This document shows positions 46,869 to 59,015 of a stretch of DNA of 64,000 bases, piece by piece. Position 1 is the stretch's first letter; each line of letters starts with the position of its first letter. Source of the stretch: an uncultured Thermoanaerobaculia bacterium. GTDB taxonomy: Bacteria; Acidobacteriota; Thermoanaerobaculia; Multivoradales; JAGPDF01. A model generated the notes under the pieces. The model saw only the letters and a program-made list of their open reading frames with translations, was not told where the DNA came from and did no database searches. A program made the position numbers and the translations under genes. Location of the stretch: positions 89,912 through 153,911 of the forward strand of contig CAYYIK010000001.1 in the NCBI GenBank assembly GCA_964471955.1. The letters run 5' to 3'.

Positions 46869-47261
46869 GTGCCTTCGATCTACCTCCCGGTCCTCTTCGC
46901 GCTCGCCGTCGCGGTCCTCCTCGGGACCGTCCTGATCGCACTCTCCTGGGCCACCGGCCTCAAGACCGGGGGCCGCGTCAAGTACTCGACCTACGAATCG
47001 GGAATGCCGCTGCTCGACCGTTCGCGCAAGCGGCTGTCGATCGCTTTCTTCCTGATCGCCATCGACTTCGTCGTCTTCGACGTCGAGGCCGCCTTTCTCT
47101 ATCCGTGGGTCACCGTGCTGCGCGACGGGGGGATGCCTCTGTTCTGGGCCGTCATGGTCTTCGTCGGCCTGATCATCGCCGGGTACGCCTATGTCTGGAA
47201 GAAGGGCGGACTCGAACTCGCCACCAAGATTGCGCGTCCCGCGGAGGGCAATCGCCCGTGA
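46869..47261 (+). CDS. nuoA: NADH-quinone oxidoreductase subunit A
   Basis: 130 aa, three TM segments, Y.SG and FDVE..FL.PW motifs. GTG start. Confidence 0.9.
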   Translation: MPSIYLPVLFALAVAVLLGTVLIALSWATGLKTGGRVKYSTYESGMPLLDRSRKRLSIAFFLIAIDFVVFDVEAAFLYPWVTVLRDGGMPLFWAVMVFVGLIIAGYAYVWKKGGLELATKIARPAEGNRP

Positions 47262-47752
47262 GCCAGTCGCCGCCGGCCGGCTTCCAACTCCCGGCCGAGG
47301 TCATCGAGAAGGTCGAATCGCTGCGCTCCCGCTATCCGAGCGAAGAGGCACTGCTGCTGCCGGCCCTCCACCTGGCGCAGAAGGCCGCCGGCGGCTGGCT
47401 GTCGCACGACGTCATCGCCGCCGTCGCCGGATTGCTGGGCCTGCCGCCGTCGAAGGTGGCGGGAGTGGTCTCGTTCTACGACATGTTCCACGAGCAGCCG
47501 GTCGGCAGACACCGCATCCGGCTGTGCACGAATCTTTCGTGTCAGCTGCGCGGCGCCGACGAGCTGGCCGCCCTTCTCCGCCGCGAGCTCGGCGTCGACG
47601 CGGGCGAAGTGACACCGGACGGACGCTGTTCGTGGGTCGAGTTCGAGTGCCTCGGATCGTGCGACACCGCTCCGATGGCGATGATCGACGAGGACTACCA
47701 CGAGAACCTCACTCCCGACCGCCTGCTGCAGACCGTCCGGAGGCTCGACTGA
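47258..47752 (+). CDS. nuoE: NADH-quinone oxidoreductase subunit E (24-kDa, 2Fe-2S)
   Basis: LLPALHLAQ, C.NLSC and ECLGSCD..P cluster ligands. GTGA overlap with the nuoA stop. Confidence 0.9.
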   Translation: MSQSPPAGFQLPAEVIEKVESLRSRYPSEEALLLPALHLAQKAAGGWLSHDVIAAVAGLLGLPPSKVAGVVSFYDMFHEQPVGRHRIRLCTNLSCQLRGADELAALLRRELGVDAGEVTPDGRCSWVEFECLGSCDTAPMAMIDEDYHENLTPDRLLQTVRRLD

Positions 47753-47753
47753 G

Positions 47754-49052
47754 ATGGCCACCGAGCGCGTACTGACCTGCAACCTCGGGAGGCCCGAGGC
47801 GAAGACCGTCCGTGGCTACCGGGAATCCGGCGGCTACGAAGGGCTCGCCCGCGCCCTGCGGATGCAGCCCGAAGAGGTCGTCGAGGAGGTCAAGAAGTCG
47901 GGGCTTCGCGGGCGCGGCGGCGCCGGATTCCCCTGCGGCATGAAGTGGAGCTTCGTTCCGCGGGGCGTCGACAAGCCGAAGTACATCGTCTGCAACGCGG
48001 ACGAGTCCGAGCCCGGGACCTTCAAGGATCGCCTCCTGATGGAGAACGATCCGCATCAGCTGATCGAAGGGTGCGTGATCGCGGGGTGGGCGGTCGGCGC
48101 CAACACGACCTACATCTACATCCGCGGCGAGTACACCCGGGCAGCCCGCGTCCTCGAGGACGCCATCCGGGACGCCTACGACAGCGGCATTCTCGGATCG
48201 AGCGTTCTCGGGTCGGGCTTCCGTCACGACGTGTACGTCCACCGCGGCGCCGGTGCCTACATCTGCGGCGAAGAGACGGGGCTGCTCGAGTCGCTCGAGG
48301 GCAAGCGCGGCCAGCCACGCGTCAAGCCGCCCTTTCCGGCGGTGGTGGGCGCCTTCGGCTGCCCGACGGTGATCAACAACGTCGAGACGCTCTGCTGCGC
48401 GGTCCACATCCTCAAGCGCGGCGCCGACTGGTTCAAGTCGATCGGCCCGGACGAGCGCAATACCGGCCCCAAGCTCTACGCGATCTCCGGCCACGTCGAG
48501 CGTCCGGGAACCTACGAGCACCCGATCGGCGTCACGTTCCAGGAGTTGCTCGACGGCTGCGGCGGCATGTACCGGGGTCGCGCCCTCAAAGCCTTCATCC
48601 CGGGCGGCGCTTCGGCGCCGATGATGACCGCGGCGGATGCCGGCATCCGGATGGACTTCGACACTCTGGCGAAGGCCGGGAGCATGCTCGGCTCGGCGGC
48701 GGTGATCGTGATGGACGAGACGACCTGCATCGTCCGCTCGACGCTGCGCCTGGCGAAGTTCTTCGCCCACGAATCCTGTGGCCAGTGCACGCCCTGCCGC
48801 GAGGGAACCAACTGGATGCGCCTCATCCTCCAGCGCATCGAGCGTGGCGACGGCACCGAGGCCGACCTCGACCTGCTGGCCGGCGTCGTTCCCAATGTCG
48901 GCGGCATCTCCCTGTGCGCCCTGGGCGACGCCGCGCAGGGGCCGGTCAAGTCGATGATCGCCCGCTTCGGCGACGAGATCCGCGACAACATCCGCAACCG
49001 TCGTTACCCGCTTCCCCGCCAGCCCTTCTTCGACTTCGGAGCCGTAGCCTGA
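47754..49052 (+). CDS. nuoF: NADH-quinone oxidoreductase subunit F (51-kDa, FMN/NADH site, 4Fe-4S)
   Basis: GLRGRGGAGFP.G.KW, CNADESEPGTFKDR and ESCGQCTPCREG. Confidence 0.95.
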   Translation: MATERVLTCNLGRPEAKTVRGYRESGGYEGLARALRMQPEEVVEEVKKSGLRGRGGAGFPCGMKWSFVPRGVDKPKYIVCNADESEPGTFKDRLLMENDPHQLIEGCVIAGWAVGANTTYIYIRGEYTRAARVLEDAIRDAYDSGILGSSVLGSGFRHDVYVHRGAGAYICGEETGLLESLEGKRGQPRVKPPFPAVVGAFGCPTVINNVETLCCAVHILKRGADWFKSIGPDERNTGPKLYAISGHVERPGTYEHPIGVTFQELLDGCGGMYRGRALKAFIPGGASAPMMTAADAGIRMDFDTLAKAGSMLGSAAVIVMDETTCIVRSTLRLAKFFAHESCGQCTPCREGTNWMRLILQRIERGDGTEADLDLLAGVVPNVGGISLCALGDAAQGPVKSMIARFGDEIRDNIRNRRYPLPRQPFFDFGAVA

Positions 49053-50671
49053 TGCCCACCGTCACGATCGACGACCGCACCGTCGAGGTTCCGGCCGGAA
49101 CCAACCTCGTCGACGCCGCGCAGCAGGTCGGCGTGCAGATTCCGCACTACTGCTATCACCCGCGCCTTTCGGTGGTCGGCCAGTGCCGCATGTGCATGGT
49201 CGAGATTCAGGGGATGCCGAAGCTCCAGGCCGCCTGCTCCACCCAGGTGATGAAGGACGGGATGATCGTCCGCACCCAGTCGGCTCCGGCGCTCGAGGCG
49301 CAGCGGGCGATCATGGAGTTCCTGCTGATCAATCATCCGCTCGACTGCCCGATCTGCGATCAGGCGGGCGAGTGCGGCCTGCAGGACTACTCCTTCAAGC
49401 ACGGACAGGCCTACTCGCGGTTCCGCTTCGAGGAGAAGCGGACTTATCCCGAGAAGGAGCGGATTCCGCTCGGCCCGACCGTGATCCTCAACATGAACCG
49501 CTGCATCCAGTGCACGCGGTGCATCCGCTTCACCCACGAGATCTCGAAGACCGGGGAGCTGTCCTTCTTCGAGCGTGGCTCGCACGCCGAAATCGGCACC
49601 TTCCCGGGCCGCCCGCTCGACAATCCGCTGTCGACCTGCGTCGTCGACATCTGTCCGGTCGGCGCGCTGACCTCGACCAGATTCCGCTTCGCCGAGCGCG
49701 TCTGGTACCTCGACAAGAAGCCCTCGATCTGCACCGGCTGCGATGCCGGCTGCAATGTCACGCTCGAGCACCGGCGGGGAGCCATCCGGCGCCTCAAGCC
49801 GCGCTTCAACCCCGAGGTCAACGATTACTGGATGTGCGACTTCGGCCGCGCGACCCACGAGCGGTATCACGACCTTCCGCGCCTCGCCGCGCCGATGCTG
49901 CGCCGCGACGGCGAGTTGCGACCGGTCGGCTGGCGCGAGGCGCTCGACACGCTCTTCTCGGCCCTGCGCGCCAAGCGGGCGGACGGCGGCGTGGGGATCC
50001 TCGGCTCCGGCTTCCTGACCACCGAGGAGTCCTGGCTGCTCGCCCGGCTGGCCAACCTGATCGACACGCCGCATCGCTCGGTACACGTCGATGCCGGGCC
50101 GGAGCGTCACATTCCGAACCCCGCCGGCGGCATCACCGGAAGGGAAGCCGCTCCCAATCGCCGTGGCGCCGAGCTCGCCGGCCTGACCGCGCGGGAAGGC
50201 GGCCTCGATGCCGGGCGGATCGTCGGGGGCGACGGGGCTTCGCTCTGTTCCACGCTGTTCGTCGCCGATTCGGACTTCGGAGCCGCGGCGCACGACCCGG
50301 CCGTGGTCGAGCGGCTGCGCCGGGCACGGTTCCTCGTCGTCATGGGCTGGGCGGATACACCGCTGGCGAAAGTCGCCGACCTGGTTCTGCCCTCGACCAC
50401 CACCGCGGAGACCACCGGCACGTTCGTCAACGCCAACGCCCGGCTGCAACGATTCGAGCGCGCCTTCGCGCCGCCGACCCAGTCGCGCAGCGGCGTCGAA
50501 ATTCTGGCCGACCTGTTGGCGCGCTTCGACGCCAAGTGGGCGCCCGTGACGCCGGCGGTCGCCTTCGATCTGATGTGCGAGGAGATCCCGGCCCTCGCCG
50601 GCCTGCGCTGGGCGGAGATTCCGCCGACCGGCATTCTGCTGCCGGCGCGAGAGAGCGAGGCCACGGCGTGA
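49052..50671 (+). CDS. nuoG: NADH-quinone oxidoreductase subunit G (short, 539-aa form)
   Basis: N-terminal 2Fe-2S block (IPHYCYHP.L...G.CRMC.VE), HPLDCPICD..GEC.LQ and CI.C.RC..F. Confidence 0.9.
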   Translation: MPTVTIDDRTVEVPAGTNLVDAAQQVGVQIPHYCYHPRLSVVGQCRMCMVEIQGMPKLQAACSTQVMKDGMIVRTQSAPALEAQRAIMEFLLINHPLDCPICDQAGECGLQDYSFKHGQAYSRFRFEEKRTYPEKERIPLGPTVILNMNRCIQCTRCIRFTHEISKTGELSFFERGSHAEIGTFPGRPLDNPLSTCVVDICPVGALTSTRFRFAERVWYLDKKPSICTGCDAGCNVTLEHRRGAIRRLKPRFNPEVNDYWMCDFGRATHERYHDLPRLAAPMLRRDGELRPVGWREALDTLFSALRAKRADGGVGILGSGFLTTEESWLLARLANLIDTPHRSVHVDAGPERHIPNPAGGITGREAAPNRRGAELAGLTAREGGLDAGRIVGGDGASLCSTLFVADSDFGAAAHDPAVVERLRRARFLVVMGWADTPLAKVADLVLPSTTTAETTGTFVNANARLQRFERAFAPPTQSRSGVEILADLLARFDAKWAPVTPAVAFDLMCEEIPALAGLRWAEIPPTGILLPARESEATA

Positions 50672-51693
50672 GCTCCGAGACCTTCGCGATGCTCGCCAAG
50701 ATGGGGCTCTGGATGGCGACGCTGATCAGCGTCGCCCCGGCGATGCTCTGGGTCGAACGCCGCATTCCGGCGTTCATGCAGGATCGCCAGGGACCGAACC
50801 GGGTCGGACCGCTGGGACTCCTGCAGGGCATCGCCGACGCGGTGAAGTTCATCTTCAAGGAGGAGTTCACGCCCGCCAACGCCGATCGGGGGCTCTTCCT
50901 CATGGCGCCCGTGCTGGCGATGATCCCCGCCCTGACGACCTTCCTCGTGCTGCCCTTCGGCCCCGAGGTCGAGATCGGCGGTCACCGCACGAACCTCGTG
51001 GTCATCGACTCGGACCTCGGGGTGCTGCTCTTCCTCGCTCTCACCAGCCTCGGTGTCTACGCGCTGGTACTCGCCGGCTACAGCTCGAACAACAAGTACT
51101 CCCTGATCGGCGCCATCCGCGCCTCGGCGCAGATGGTCAGCTACGAGCTGGCGCTCGCCACGGCCGTCCTCTGCGCGCTGCTGCCGGTCGGCTCGCTCAA
51201 CCTCAGTGAGGTCGTCAACTACCAGCAGCAGGGTGTCTGGCAGGTCGTCACGCAACCGATCGCCTTCCTCGTCTTCCTCGTCGCCTCCTTCGCCGAGACG
51301 AACCGTCTGCCGTTCGACCTTCCGGAGGCGGAGTCCGAGCTCGTGGCCGGCTACCTCACCGAGTACGGCGGTCTGCGCTGGGCGATGTTCTTCATGGGCG
51401 AATACATGTCGATGGCGACCCTGTCCGCCCTCGGAGCGACGCTCTTCTTCGGCGGCTGGTCGCTCCCCTTCGTCGACTTCAGCGGCTACTCGGGACTCGT
51501 CCAGGCAGCGCTCGGCTTCCTGGTCCTGCTGACCAAGATCGCCCTGTTCCTCTTCTTCTTCGTCTGGGTTCGCTGGACCTTCCCGCGGTTCCGCTACGAC
51601 CAGCTGATGCGCCTGGGGTGGAAGGTCCTGCTGCCCCTCGCCATTCTCCAGTTCGTCGTCACCGCCGCCCTGACCGCCGGAGGGGTCCTGTGA
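50668..51693 (+). CDS. nuoH: NADH-quinone oxidoreductase subunit H
   Basis: ERR..A.MQ.R.GPNRVGP.GLLQ..AD..K and AE.NR.PFDL.E.ESELV.G. GTGA overlap with nuoG. Confidence 0.93.
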   Translation: MSSETFAMLAKMGLWMATLISVAPAMLWVERRIPAFMQDRQGPNRVGPLGLLQGIADAVKFIFKEEFTPANADRGLFLMAPVLAMIPALTTFLVLPFGPEVEIGGHRTNLVVIDSDLGVLLFLALTSLGVYALVLAGYSSNNKYSLIGAIRASAQMVSYELALATAVLCALLPVGSLNLSEVVNYQQQGVWQVVTQPIAFLVFLVASFAETNRLPFDLPEAESELVAGYLTEYGGLRWAMFFMGEYMSMATLSALGATLFFGGWSLPFVDFSGYSGLVQAALGFLVLLTKIALFLFFFVWVRWTFPRFRYDQLMRLGWKVLLPLAILQFVVTAALTAGGVL

Positions 51694-52226
51694 TGGAACT
51701 CGCGGTCTTCGTCGTTTTCGGACTCGCCGCCCTGATCTCGTCGATCGTCGTCATCGCTCATCGCAATCCGGTCTACGCGACGATGAGCCTGGTCGTCACG
51801 CTGGTTTCCACCGCGGTTCTCTACGTGCTGCTCGGCTCTCCGTTCCTCGCCGTGCTGCAGGTCCTCCTCTACACCGGCGCGATTCTGGTCCTCTTCCTCT
51901 TCGTCATCATGCTGCTCAACCTGGGTCGGGAGCGCGGCGCCCCCCGGCGAACTTCGCCACAGGCCTGGATCGTCGTCGTCCTGGCGCTGGTTTTCGCCGG
52001 CACGGTGGCGAGGCTGTTCCTCGACGGCCACGCCGGCTCGGCAGTACCGGCGCTGCGGCCCGACTACGTCTCCCTGCGCGCCATCTCCGAGCAGCTCTTC
52101 TCCACCTATCTCCTGCCCTTCGAGATCATCGGGCTGCTCCTGCTCGTCGCCGTCGTCGCCGCGAGCTGGGTGGCGCGGCGCGCCGACGATCCTGCCGCGG
52201 GCGGGACCACCGAGGAGTCCCGGTGA
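51693..52226 (+). CDS. nuoJ: NADH-quinone oxidoreductase subunit J
   Basis: RNPVY....LV........YVLLG..FLA..QVL.Y.GAI.VLFLFV.M. Its start overlaps the nuoH stop, so there is no nuoI between them. Confidence 0.88.
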   Translation: MELAVFVVFGLAALISSIVVIAHRNPVYATMSLVVTLVSTAVLYVLLGSPFLAVLQVLLYTGAILVLFLFVIMLLNLGRERGAPRRTSPQAWIVVVLALVFAGTVARLFLDGHAGSAVPALRPDYVSLRAISEQLFSTYLLPFEIIGLLLLVAVVAASWVARRADDPAAGGTTEESR

Positions 52227-52531
52227 GCTCCGTTCCGATCTCCTGGTACCTGATCCTGGCGGCGGCGATGTTCGCCGTCGGCATCGTCGGAGTGCTCACG
52301 CGGCGCAGCAGCATCGCCGTCTTCCTGGCGATCGAGCTGATGCTCAATGCCGCCAACCTGACCCTCGTCGCCTACTCCCGGCTGCTCGACGAGATCGCCG
52401 GGCAGATGGTCGTCTTCTTCGCTCTCGCGGTGGCGGCGGCAGAAGCGGCGGTGGGACTGGCGCTGTTCATCGCGGTCTACCGTCTGCGGCGGACGATCGA
52501 CGTCAACCGCCTCAACCTCATGCGGTGGTGA
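52223..52531 (+). CDS. nuoK: NADH-quinone oxidoreductase subunit K
   Basis: 102 aa, E.MLNA.NL and AAAE.AVGLA motifs. Confidence 0.92.
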   Translation: MSSVPISWYLILAAAMFAVGIVGVLTRRSSIAVFLAIELMLNAANLTLVAYSRLLDEIAGQMVVFFALAVAAAEAAVGLALFIAVYRLRRTIDVNRLNLMRW

Positions 52532-52535
52532 TGCG

Positions 52536-54505
<1,970 letters not shown>

Positions 54506-54506
<1 letters not shown>

Positions 54507-56134
54507 TGGACGCCGGATTCTGGTCGCTCCTCCTCGGCGACAGCGTGACGCGGCTGGTGTTCTTTCCGGCCCTCGCGGCGCTGCCGCTCCTGCTGATGCG
54601 CCGCGCGCGGCCCGACGTCGTCCGCTGGTACGCCCTGGCCGTCTCCCTGGTCGAGGTCGGGCTGATGGTCGCCTTCTCGGCCGGACATTGGGATGCCGCC
54701 GGGATGCGCGTGAAGGATCCCGTCCTCCCCTGGGTCGACGTGGCGGGAATCCGCATCGCCTACGAGGTCGGAATCGACGGCATCTCCCTCCCCCTCGTGC
54801 TGCTCACGGGTCTGCTCCTGCCGGTCGTCGTGCTCGCCTCGTGGAAGGGGATCGACAAGCACTGGAGCGGCTTCGCCGCCTCCCTCTTCCTGCTCACGAC
54901 CGGGATTCTCGGCGCTCTCGTCGCCCTCGACCTCTTCGTCTTCTACGTCTTCTGGGAAGTGATGCTCGTGCCGATGTACCTGATCATCGGCATCTGGGGC
55001 GGCGAACGACGGGTCTACGCGGCACTCAAGTTCTTCCTCTTCACCATGGCCGGCAGCCTGCTGATGCTGCTCGCCATCCTGTGGATGGCCTGGACGCACG
55101 GCCAGCTGGCCGGCTACTGGAGCTTCCGCTACGAGGATCTGCTCCGGCTCGACCTGCCGCTCTCCCAGCAGCTCTGGCTGTTCGGCGCCTTCGCGGTCGC
55201 CTTCGCCATCAAGGTTCCGATGTTCCCGGTCCACACCTGGCTGCCCGACGCCCACGTCGAGGCGCCGACCGGCGGTTCGATCATCCTCGCCGGCATTCTC
55301 CTCAAGCTCGGAACCTACGGCTTCCTGCGCTTCGCGCTGCCGCTGTTTCCGCACGCCGCCGACCGGGTGGCGCCATGGCTGCTCGCTCTGGCGGTGGTCG
55401 GAATCATCTACGGCGCTCTCGTCGCCTGGGTCCAGCCGGATATGAAGAAGCTGGTCGCCTACTCCTCGGTGGCCCACCTCGGCTTCGTCATGCTCGGTAT
55501 CCTCGCCTGCGACCTGGTCGCGTGGCAGGGTGCCCTGCTGCAGATGGTCAATCACGGCCTTTCGACCGGCGCCCTGTTCCTGCTCGTCGGAGTGCTCTAC
55601 GACCGGCGGCACACCAAGAAGTTCGAGGATTTCGGCGGGCTCGCGAAGGTGATGCCCTGGTTCGCCACCGTGCTCGTCTTCTCGACTCTCGCGTCGGTCG
55701 GATTGCCGGGCCTCAACGGTTTCGTGGGCGAATTCATGATCCTGATCGGCACCTGGAGCGCCGGCTGGAAGGTGCTCACCGCGATCGCCACCTTCGGTGT
55801 CGTGCTCGCCGCCGTCTATCTCATGCGAATGCTGCAGGAGACGATCTGGGGACCGATCACGCGCGACGAGAATCGGGGACTCCCCGACCTCACCGCCCGC
55901 GAGACTCTGGCCCTGCTGCCCTTGTGCGCCTTCATGCTCTGGATCGGCGTCACGCCGCAACGGTTCCTCGAGCCGAGCCGCCCCGCCCTCGCGGCGGTGC
56001 TCGAGGAGTACCGGTCTCGCCTGGCGGTGCCGCCGGCTTCGAGCCCGACCCTGACGACTCGCGCCGCGCCCGCCGGGGCGGACCGGACCTTCGTCGCGGC
56101 GGGTGACTCCGGCCGTGGAGGGATCCGGCCTTGA
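54506..56134 (+). CDS. nuoM: NADH-quinone oxidoreductase subunit M
   Basis: FWE..L.PMY..IG.WG, K.P.FP.H.WLPDAHVEAPT.GS..LAG and YSS..H.G. ATG chosen in a TGATG overlap with nuoL; GTG 54491 is an alternative. Confidence 0.9.
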
Positions 56135-57582
56135 ATCCGAACTTCGCCATTCCGGCCGCCGATCTGGCGGCCCTCGCTCCCGAGATCCTGCTGGTCGGAG
56201 CCGGCACCCTGCTCCTGCTGCTGGAGGCCTTTCTGCCGGCCTTGCGGAGGACTTTCATCCCGGCGGCGGTCCTCGCGGTCGCGGCGGCCGCCTGGCTGGT
56301 CGCGGGCCTCGAATCCGGAACGGCCTTCCATGCACTGGTCGAGTCGACGCCGCTGACCGCGGCCTTCTCGCTCGTCGTGCTCGCCGCCGCAGCGCTCTCC
56401 CTGCTCGGCGCGCCGGCCTGGCTCGAGCGGCACCGACTGCTGGCCGGCGAGTACCCGGCGCTCGTTCTCTGGTGCACCGCCGGACTGCTCCTGCTGCTGC
56501 GCGGCAGCGAGCTGCTGACCCTCTTCGTCGCGCTCGAGCTCTTCTCGGTGGCGCTCTACGGCCTGTGTGCCTGGGATCGGCGCAGCTCGCATTCGGCCGA
56601 GGCGGGCATCAAGTACTTCCTGATGGGAGCATTCGTCAGCTCCTTCGTCCTCTACGGCATCGCCCTGCTGTTCGGCGAGACCGGTACGACCCGCCTCGAC
56701 GGCATCCTGACCGCACTCGACGGCGGCAAGGGGACGCCGGGCCTCGTGCTGCTCGGCTTCCTGCTGGTCGCCTCGGGCTTCGCCTTCAAGCTCTCGGCCG
56801 TCCCCTTTCATGCCTGGTCGCCCGATGTCTACCAGGGAGCCCCGACGCCCTTCGTCGCCTTCCTGTCCGTGGCGCCGAAGGTGGCGAGCGCCGCGGTCCT
56901 CGCCCGCGTCGTGCTCATCGCGGCGCAGAGTCCGATGGGGGCACGGTGGCCGGCGCTTCTCGGCCTGCTCGCGGTGCTCTCGATGCTGGTGGGCAATCTG
57001 TTCGCCCTGGTGCAGCGCGACATCAAGCGGATGCTGGCCTATTCGGGCGTCGCCCACATGGGCTATCTGCTGATCCCCCTCGCCGCGCCCGGGGAAGCCT
57101 CCTGGCAACCGATGCTGGTCTACCTGGCGGCCTACGCTCTGATGAACGCCGGTGCCTTCGTCATCGTCTCCCGCCTCTACCCGGAGTCCGGACAGCAGCA
57201 CCCGATCTCCGACCTCGCCGGGTGGGGCTATCGCTTCCCGTTGCTGGCCGCCTGTCTGACGATCTGCCTCCTCTCGCTCGGCGGCATCCCTCCGACCGCC
57301 GGATTCCTCGGCAAGTTCCTCGTCTTCCTGCATGCGATCGAAAACGGTCGCCTGGCACTCGCCCTGGTCGGCATCGCCGCCAGCCTCGTCGGTGTCGTCG
57401 TCTATCTGCGGGTCGTCTACATGCTCTACATGAAGCCCGAGATCGCGACGCCGCCGGAGTCCTTCGGGCTGGACACCGGCGGGCGCCTGGCTGCGGTGCT
57501 CGCCGCCGCGGCCAGTCTGCTGCTCGGCCTCTGGCCGGCCCTGCTGGTTCGCTGGGCCGCGGCGGCTCTGCCCGGCGGCTGA
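56131..57582 (+). CDS. nuoN: NADH-quinone oxidoreductase subunit N
   Basis: ELLTLFVALELFS, KYF..G...S..LLYG, FK..A.PFH.W.PDVY.GAP.P and YS..AH.G. TTGA overlap with nuoM. Confidence 0.92.
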   Translation: MNPNFAIPAADLAALAPEILLVGAGTLLLLLEAFLPALRRTFIPAAVLAVAAAAWLVAGLESGTAFHALVESTPLTAAFSLVVLAAAALSLLGAPAWLERHRLLAGEYPALVLWCTAGLLLLLRGSELLTLFVALELFSVALYGLCAWDRRSSHSAEAGIKYFLMGAFVSSFVLYGIALLFGETGTTRLDGILTALDGGKGTPGLVLLGFLLVASGFAFKLSAVPFHAWSPDVYQGAPTPFVAFLSVAPKVASAAVLARVVLIAAQSPMGARWPALLGLLAVLSMLVGNLFALVQRDIKRMLAYSGVAHMGYLLIPLAAPGEASWQPMLVYLAAYALMNAGAFVIVSRLYPESGQQHPISDLAGWGYRFPLLAACLTICLLSLGGIPPTAGFLGKFLVFLHAIENGRLALALVGIAASLVGVVVYLRVVYMLYMKPEIATPPESFGLDTGGRLAAVLAAAASLLLGLWPALLVRWAAAALPGG

Positions 57583-57601
57583 CCCTCCTCCCGGCGCGCC
57601 G

Positions 57602-58327
57602 ATGGCTCCGACGAGCTCCCGGCCGGGACGGCGCGCCACCTCCCGGAGGAGTGTCGTGCGCGGCCATCCGGTACATCCGGCCGGGGAGATCTCCCCGCTG
57701 ACCATCAACCGCATCTCGGTCTACCTGCGCTCTCTGCGGCAGCTGGAGGCCCAGGGCGTGACCCGGATCTCCTCGCAGCAGCTCGCCCGCCGGTTCCACC
57801 TCTCGTCGACCCAGATCCGCAAGGACCTGGCGCTCTTCGGCGGGTTCGGAGTCCGCGGGGTCGGCTACGACGTCGCCCGGCTGGCGCAGCAGCTCACTTC
57901 GCTCCTTCACCTCGAGCAGATCCAGCGCATCGTCATCGTCGGAATGGGCAATATCGGCACCGCCCTGGCGCGGTTCCCCGCGTTCAATTCCGGGACCTTT
58001 CGGGTCGTCGCGGGGTTCGATGCCGACCCCCTCAAGGTCGGCCGGGAGATCGGCCCCGTCCGTATCCTCCCGATGGAGGATCTCACCTCCGTGGTCGAGG
58101 CCACCGGAGCCCGCCTCGCGGTACTCGCCGTCCCGGCAGACGCCGCGGTCCCGGTGTTCCGGGCGATCGCCGCCGCGGGGATCCCCGCCGTCCTCAACTT
58201 CGCGCCGGTCACGCTCCCCCCGGTGCCCGGCTGCCGGGTCAAGCACGTCGACCTGCGGATCCACCTCGAGGAACTGGTTTTCTTCGCTGTGGCCGCCGCC
58301 ACGGCGGCGTCCGGCGAGGGCGTGTAG
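57602..58327 (+). CDS. rex: Redox-sensing transcriptional repressor Rex (start uncertain; GTG at 57656 is also possible)
   Basis: Winged-helix block R...Y.R.L......G...ISS.QLA........QIRKDL..FG.FG..G.GY, Rossmann block IVG.GN.G.AL and NF.P. Sits 19 nt after nuoN. Confidence 0.9.
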   Translation: MAPTSSRPGRRATSRRSVVRGHPVHPAGEISPLTINRISVYLRSLRQLEAQGVTRISSQQLARRFHLSSTQIRKDLALFGGFGVRGVGYDVARLAQQLTSLLHLEQIQRIVIVGMGNIGTALARFPAFNSGTFRVVAGFDADPLKVGREIGPVRILPMEDLTSVVEATGARLAVLAVPADAAVPVFRAIAAAGIPAVLNFAPVTLPPVPGCRVKHVDLRIHLEELVFFAVAAATAASGEGV

Positions 58328-58351
58328 AATCGACGCCAGGAGGACCCGGAC

Positions 58352-58987
58352 ATGCGGCAGTTTTCCGCGCCCCGCGGCAGGCAGGCGGGCTTCTCGCTGA
58401 TCGAGTTGCTGGTGGTGATCGCGCTGATCGGCGGTATGGCGATCTGGGGCATCCCCGCCTTTCTCAACACGCTGAACCGGACCCGGCTGGTCGCCTCGGC
58501 GCGCGAAGTCGCCGTCCTGATGCAGGTTGCGCGCATGGAAGCGGTCAAGCGCGGCAACACCAACGGCAACCTGCGCAATCAGGTCGCCGCGGTGGTCTTC
58601 GAAACGGGCAGCCAGGGCAAGGTCTTCCGGCTCCTGGTCGACGACAGCGCGGACGGCAACTGGAATCCCGCCACCCAGATCGGCGCCGCCTACCATCTGC
58701 CGACGGGGGTCGTCCTGCAGGCGCCGGGCGAAGATCCGGAAGGGACCAACGCCATCGTCGGCTGGGACGACACCGGGGTTGCGGCCGACGACCTGGACGG
58801 GCCGACGTTCCTGTCCGACGGCGCCGCTCTCGGCGCCGGGGCCTTCCGACTCTTCGACAGCCGAGGCAACTACCTCGAGGTCCAGATCGAGTTTCCCGCC
58901 ACCGGCAAGCCGGCGATCCAGAAGTGGTTCGGCGGCACGAACTGGTGGGAGAACGGGGAAGCGAACAACAAGTGGCGGTGGTATTGA
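58352..58987 (+). CDS. Prepilin-type N-terminal cleavage/methylation domain protein, GspH/FimT-like pseudopilin
   Basis: G|FSLIELLVVIALIG class-III signal peptide. The following region (NRTRL.....EVA..MQ.AR.EAV.RG) resembles GspH/FimT. Strong AGGAGG Shine-Dalgarno. Confidence 0.8.
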   Translation: MRQFSAPRGRQAGFSLIELLVVIALIGGMAIWGIPAFLNTLNRTRLVASAREVAVLMQVARMEAVKRGNTNGNLRNQVAAVVFETGSQGKVFRLLVDDSADGNWNPATQIGAAYHLPTGVVLQAPGEDPEGTNAIVGWDDTGVAADDLDGPTFLSDGAALGAGAFRLFDSRGNYLEVQIEFPATGKPAIQKWFGGTNWWENGEANNKWRWY

Positions 58988-59015
58988 GCCTGACGGTACC
59001 GCGAGTCCGTCAGGC
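58988..59015. terminator. Hairpin spanning the junction of the convergent pseudopilin and rsmD genes
   Basis: GCCTGACGG-(10 nt)-CCGTCAGGC 9-bp stem. It overlaps the rsmD stop codon. Confidence 0.4.
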
